Source: an uncultured Acidobacteriota bacterium
Lineage (GTDB): Bacteria > Acidobacteriota > Terriglobia > UBA7540
Assembly (NCBI GenBank): GCA_963804995.1
Contig: CAWDSK010000003.1
Span: 1,056,001-1,120,000 of the forward strand
Length of the DNA: 64,000 nucleotides
Direction of reading: 5' to 3'
Positions 62,009 through 64,000 of this stretch are shown here, piece after piece. The notes under the pieces were generated by a model. It worked only from the letters and a program-made list of their open reading frames with translations, did no database searches and had not been told where the DNA came from. Each line of letters starts with the position of its first letter. Position 1 is the stretch's first letter. Made by a program: the position numbers and the translations under genes.

Positions 62009-62944
62009 TCACAAACCCCAACCGATATAGGGCTCCGAGGTGGCGTTCAAGATCAGAAGGTCCGGCTCTTTGAGCGTTACCCGGCTGTAGGGCGCCACGG
62101 AGTGGGTCAACCACACGTTTCCACCAATCACGCTGTGGTGGCCGATGCGGGTCTTCCCTCCCAAAATGGTCGCGCTCGGGTAGACCGTGACATGATCCTC
62201 CAGCTCAGGATGACGCTTGTTTCCGTGCCCGCGCCGCAGTTGCCCCTCTTCATCCTTGGAGAGGGGATTGAACGCCCCCAACGTCACGCCATGATAGAGC
62301 GTCACCTTGTTTCCGATGATGGAGGTTTCGCCGATGACCACGCCCGTCCCATGATCGATAAAAAACGACTCGCCGATGGTAGCGCCGGGATGGATGTCAA
62401 TACCCGTGTGGCTGTGGGCCACTTCGGTCATCATGCGGGGAATAAAGGGCACATCGAGAAGGTAAAGCTGGTGGGCCAGGCGCTGCACCGTGATGGCCTC
62501 AATGTAAGGGTAAGCCAGCAGAATTTCCTCATGGCTCGACGCCGCGGGGTCGTTGTGATACGCCGCTTCGATGTCGGTAGCCAGCAGGCGGGCCAGTTCC
62601 GGCAATCGTGCGAAGAGCTTCTGGAGAATCTCGTCCGTGCGACGCTCGAGGTCCGCGGCTGCGGCTTTACCTGTCCGACGGCAGTCAAAACGTACGGCGC
62701 TGCAAATCTGCCCCGCCAACAGAGCTTCAATCTCGGGCAGGAAGGGACCTGAGTCCATTTCCGTATTTCCCGGCTCTTCGAGCAGGAAGTAGACGGGAAA
62801 GAGGATTTCCAAATACCGCCGGCAGATCAGAGTTATGGCATCGCGGCTGGGCAGTTTGAACTCGCTGCGATCGTCCCCGGCAACCTGCGCGTCAAGCGCC
62901 GCCCGGAATTCCTGCGCGAGGCATTGCATTTCGTCTTTGCTCAT
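62009..62944 (-). CDS. cysE: serine O-acetyltransferase
   Basis: DPAA, TGIDIHPGATIG, FFIDHGTGVVIGET and KRHP motifs. Confidence 0.92.
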   Translation of the reverse strand: MSKDEMQCLAQEFRAALDAQVAGDDRSEFKLPSRDAITLICRRYLEILFPVYFLLEEPGNTEMDSGPFLPEIEALLAGQICSAVRFDCRRTGKAAAADLERRTDEILQKLFARLPELARLLATDIEAAYHNDPAASSHEEILLAYPYIEAITVQRLAHQLYLLDVPFIPRMMTEVAHSHTGIDIHPGATIGESFFIDHGTGVVIGETSIIGNKVTLYHGVTLGAFNPLSKDEEGQLRRGHGNKRHPELEDHVTVYPSATILGGKTRIGHHSVIGGNVWLTHSVAPYSRVTLKEPDLLILNATSEPYIGWGL

Positions 62945-62959
62945 GGTTATGGCTCCCTA

Positions 62960-63120
62960 GGTGGCAGGCGCCAGGCGTCAGGAAAGGCCGAAATTCGAAA
63001 ATCGAAATTCGAAACTCGTAAGCTCCCCTGCTCCCCGACGAGGGGACGCAGTGCGAGGGCGAATTTCGAGTTTCGAATTTCGAGTTTCGACTCCGTCAAC
63101 TGACACCCAGCGCCTACCGC
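62960..63120. repeat. nested inverted heptamer repeats (CGAAAWT)n
   Basis: Arrays at 62989-63018 and 63060-63090, inside an outer GGCAGGCGCCAGGCGTCAG / CTGACACCCAGCGCCTACC pair. Confidence 0.75.
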
Positions 63121-64000
63121 TCATCCAATCCCTTCAAAAAGCACAGTAGAAAGATAGCGCTCACCGGAGTCCGGCAAAATGGTGACAATGGTTCTTCCGG
63201 CGAATTCCTTCTGTTTCGCCAGGCGCACCGCCACTGCCGCCGCGGCCCCGCAGGAGATACCACTCAGGATTCCCTCCTCGCGCGCCAGTCGCCGGGCGAA
63301 CTCGATGGCCTCGTCATTGGAGACCTGCTCGATGCGGTCCACCACGGAGAGGTCCAGAACCTTGGGCACGAACCCCGCGCCAATTCCCTGAATCTTGTGC
63401 GGCGCAGGCTTCAGCGGCTGGCCCGCCAGTGTCTGCGTGAGCACCGGACTGTCCGTGGGCTCGACACCAACGGAGAGAATCCGCTTCCCTTTGGTATTCT
63501 TGATGAAGCGCGAAATGCCCGTGATGGTGCCCCCCGTACCCACGCCAGAAACCAGCACATCGATCGCGCCATCGGTATCGTTCCAGATTTCGGGGCCCGT
63601 AGTCTTTTCGTGAATCGCGGGGTTCGCGGGATTCTCAAACTGCTGGGGAAGGAAATAGTGGGCGTGGTCGGAATCAGCAATTTCCTGCGCGCGCTTGATG
63701 GCGCCCGGCATGCCTTCCGGACCCGGCGTCAGAACGAGTTTTGCGCCGAAGGCCGCCAGCACGCGCCGCCGCTCAAGCGACATGGTCTCCGGCATGGTGA
63801 GCGTCAAATTATAGCCACGCGCCGCCGCCACAAAAGCCAGCGCAATGCCCGTGTTGCCACTGGTGGGCTCGATAATCTCCATACCCGGCTTCAACACGCC
63901 ACGCCTCTCTGCATCCCACACCATCGCGGCGCCGATGCGGTCCTTCACGGAGTATGCCGGACCACGTCCTTCAATCTTGGCCAGGATGGTGGCCTGCGTT
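63121..64000 (-). CDS. cysK: cysteine synthase A; 5' end outside the window
   Basis: [28 protein letters not shown] and PDSGERYLS motifs. Confidence 0.95.
   Translation of the reverse strand, partial: TQATILAKIEGRGPAYSVKDRIGAAMVWDAERRGVLKPGMEIIEPTSGNTGIALAFVAAARGYNLTLTMPETMSLERRRVLAAFGAKLVLTPGPEGMPGAIKRAQEIADSDHAHYFLPQQFENPANPAIHEKTTGPEIWNDTDGAIDVLVSGVGTGGTITGISRFIKNTKGKRILSVGVEPTDSPVLTQTLAGQPLKPAPHKIQGIGAGFVPKVLDLSVVDRIEQVSNDEAIEFARRLAREEGILSGISCGAAAAVAVRLAKQKEFAGRTIVTILPDSGERYLSTVLFEGIG

Overview
GC-rich bacterial chromosomal segment. The gene repertoire (ECF-sigma/Ser-Thr kinase pair, Oar-like TonB receptor, Ig-repeat S53 protease, GH78) suggests Acidobacteriota; this is an inference. It carries about 38 protein genes: PQQ dehydrogenase, EamA pair, pncB-pncA, GGDEF, uxuA-like, ABC exporter, GH78, di-heme protein, M23 peptidase, sigma/anti-sigma/TonB locus, ArsR redox module, enolase-family dehydratase, rfbD, cysE-cysK and others. 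Mobile DNA comprises one complete IS630, two near-identical 1913-bp group II introns, and many REP/MITE/heptamer repeats. Main observations: (1) both introns sit at the same position inside REP hairpins, and the predicted EBS1 matches the REP arm; (2) a five-gene locus with a stand-alone DnaJ-type zinc finger and two J-like domains that both read HSD instead of HPD; (3) six copies of a bipartite, near-fixed-spacing sigma28-like motif, five of them arrayed in a gene-free region; (4) a selenocysteine peroxiredoxin missed by the ORF track; (5) recurrent apparent C-to-T changes in a GTCGAG context, hitting two twin-arginine motifs and a protease catalytic Asp; (6) an ArsR + stand-alone HdrA-N-like domain + ferredoxin module. 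Several single-base frameshifts suggest imperfect read polishing, so single-nucleotide claims need read-level checks.
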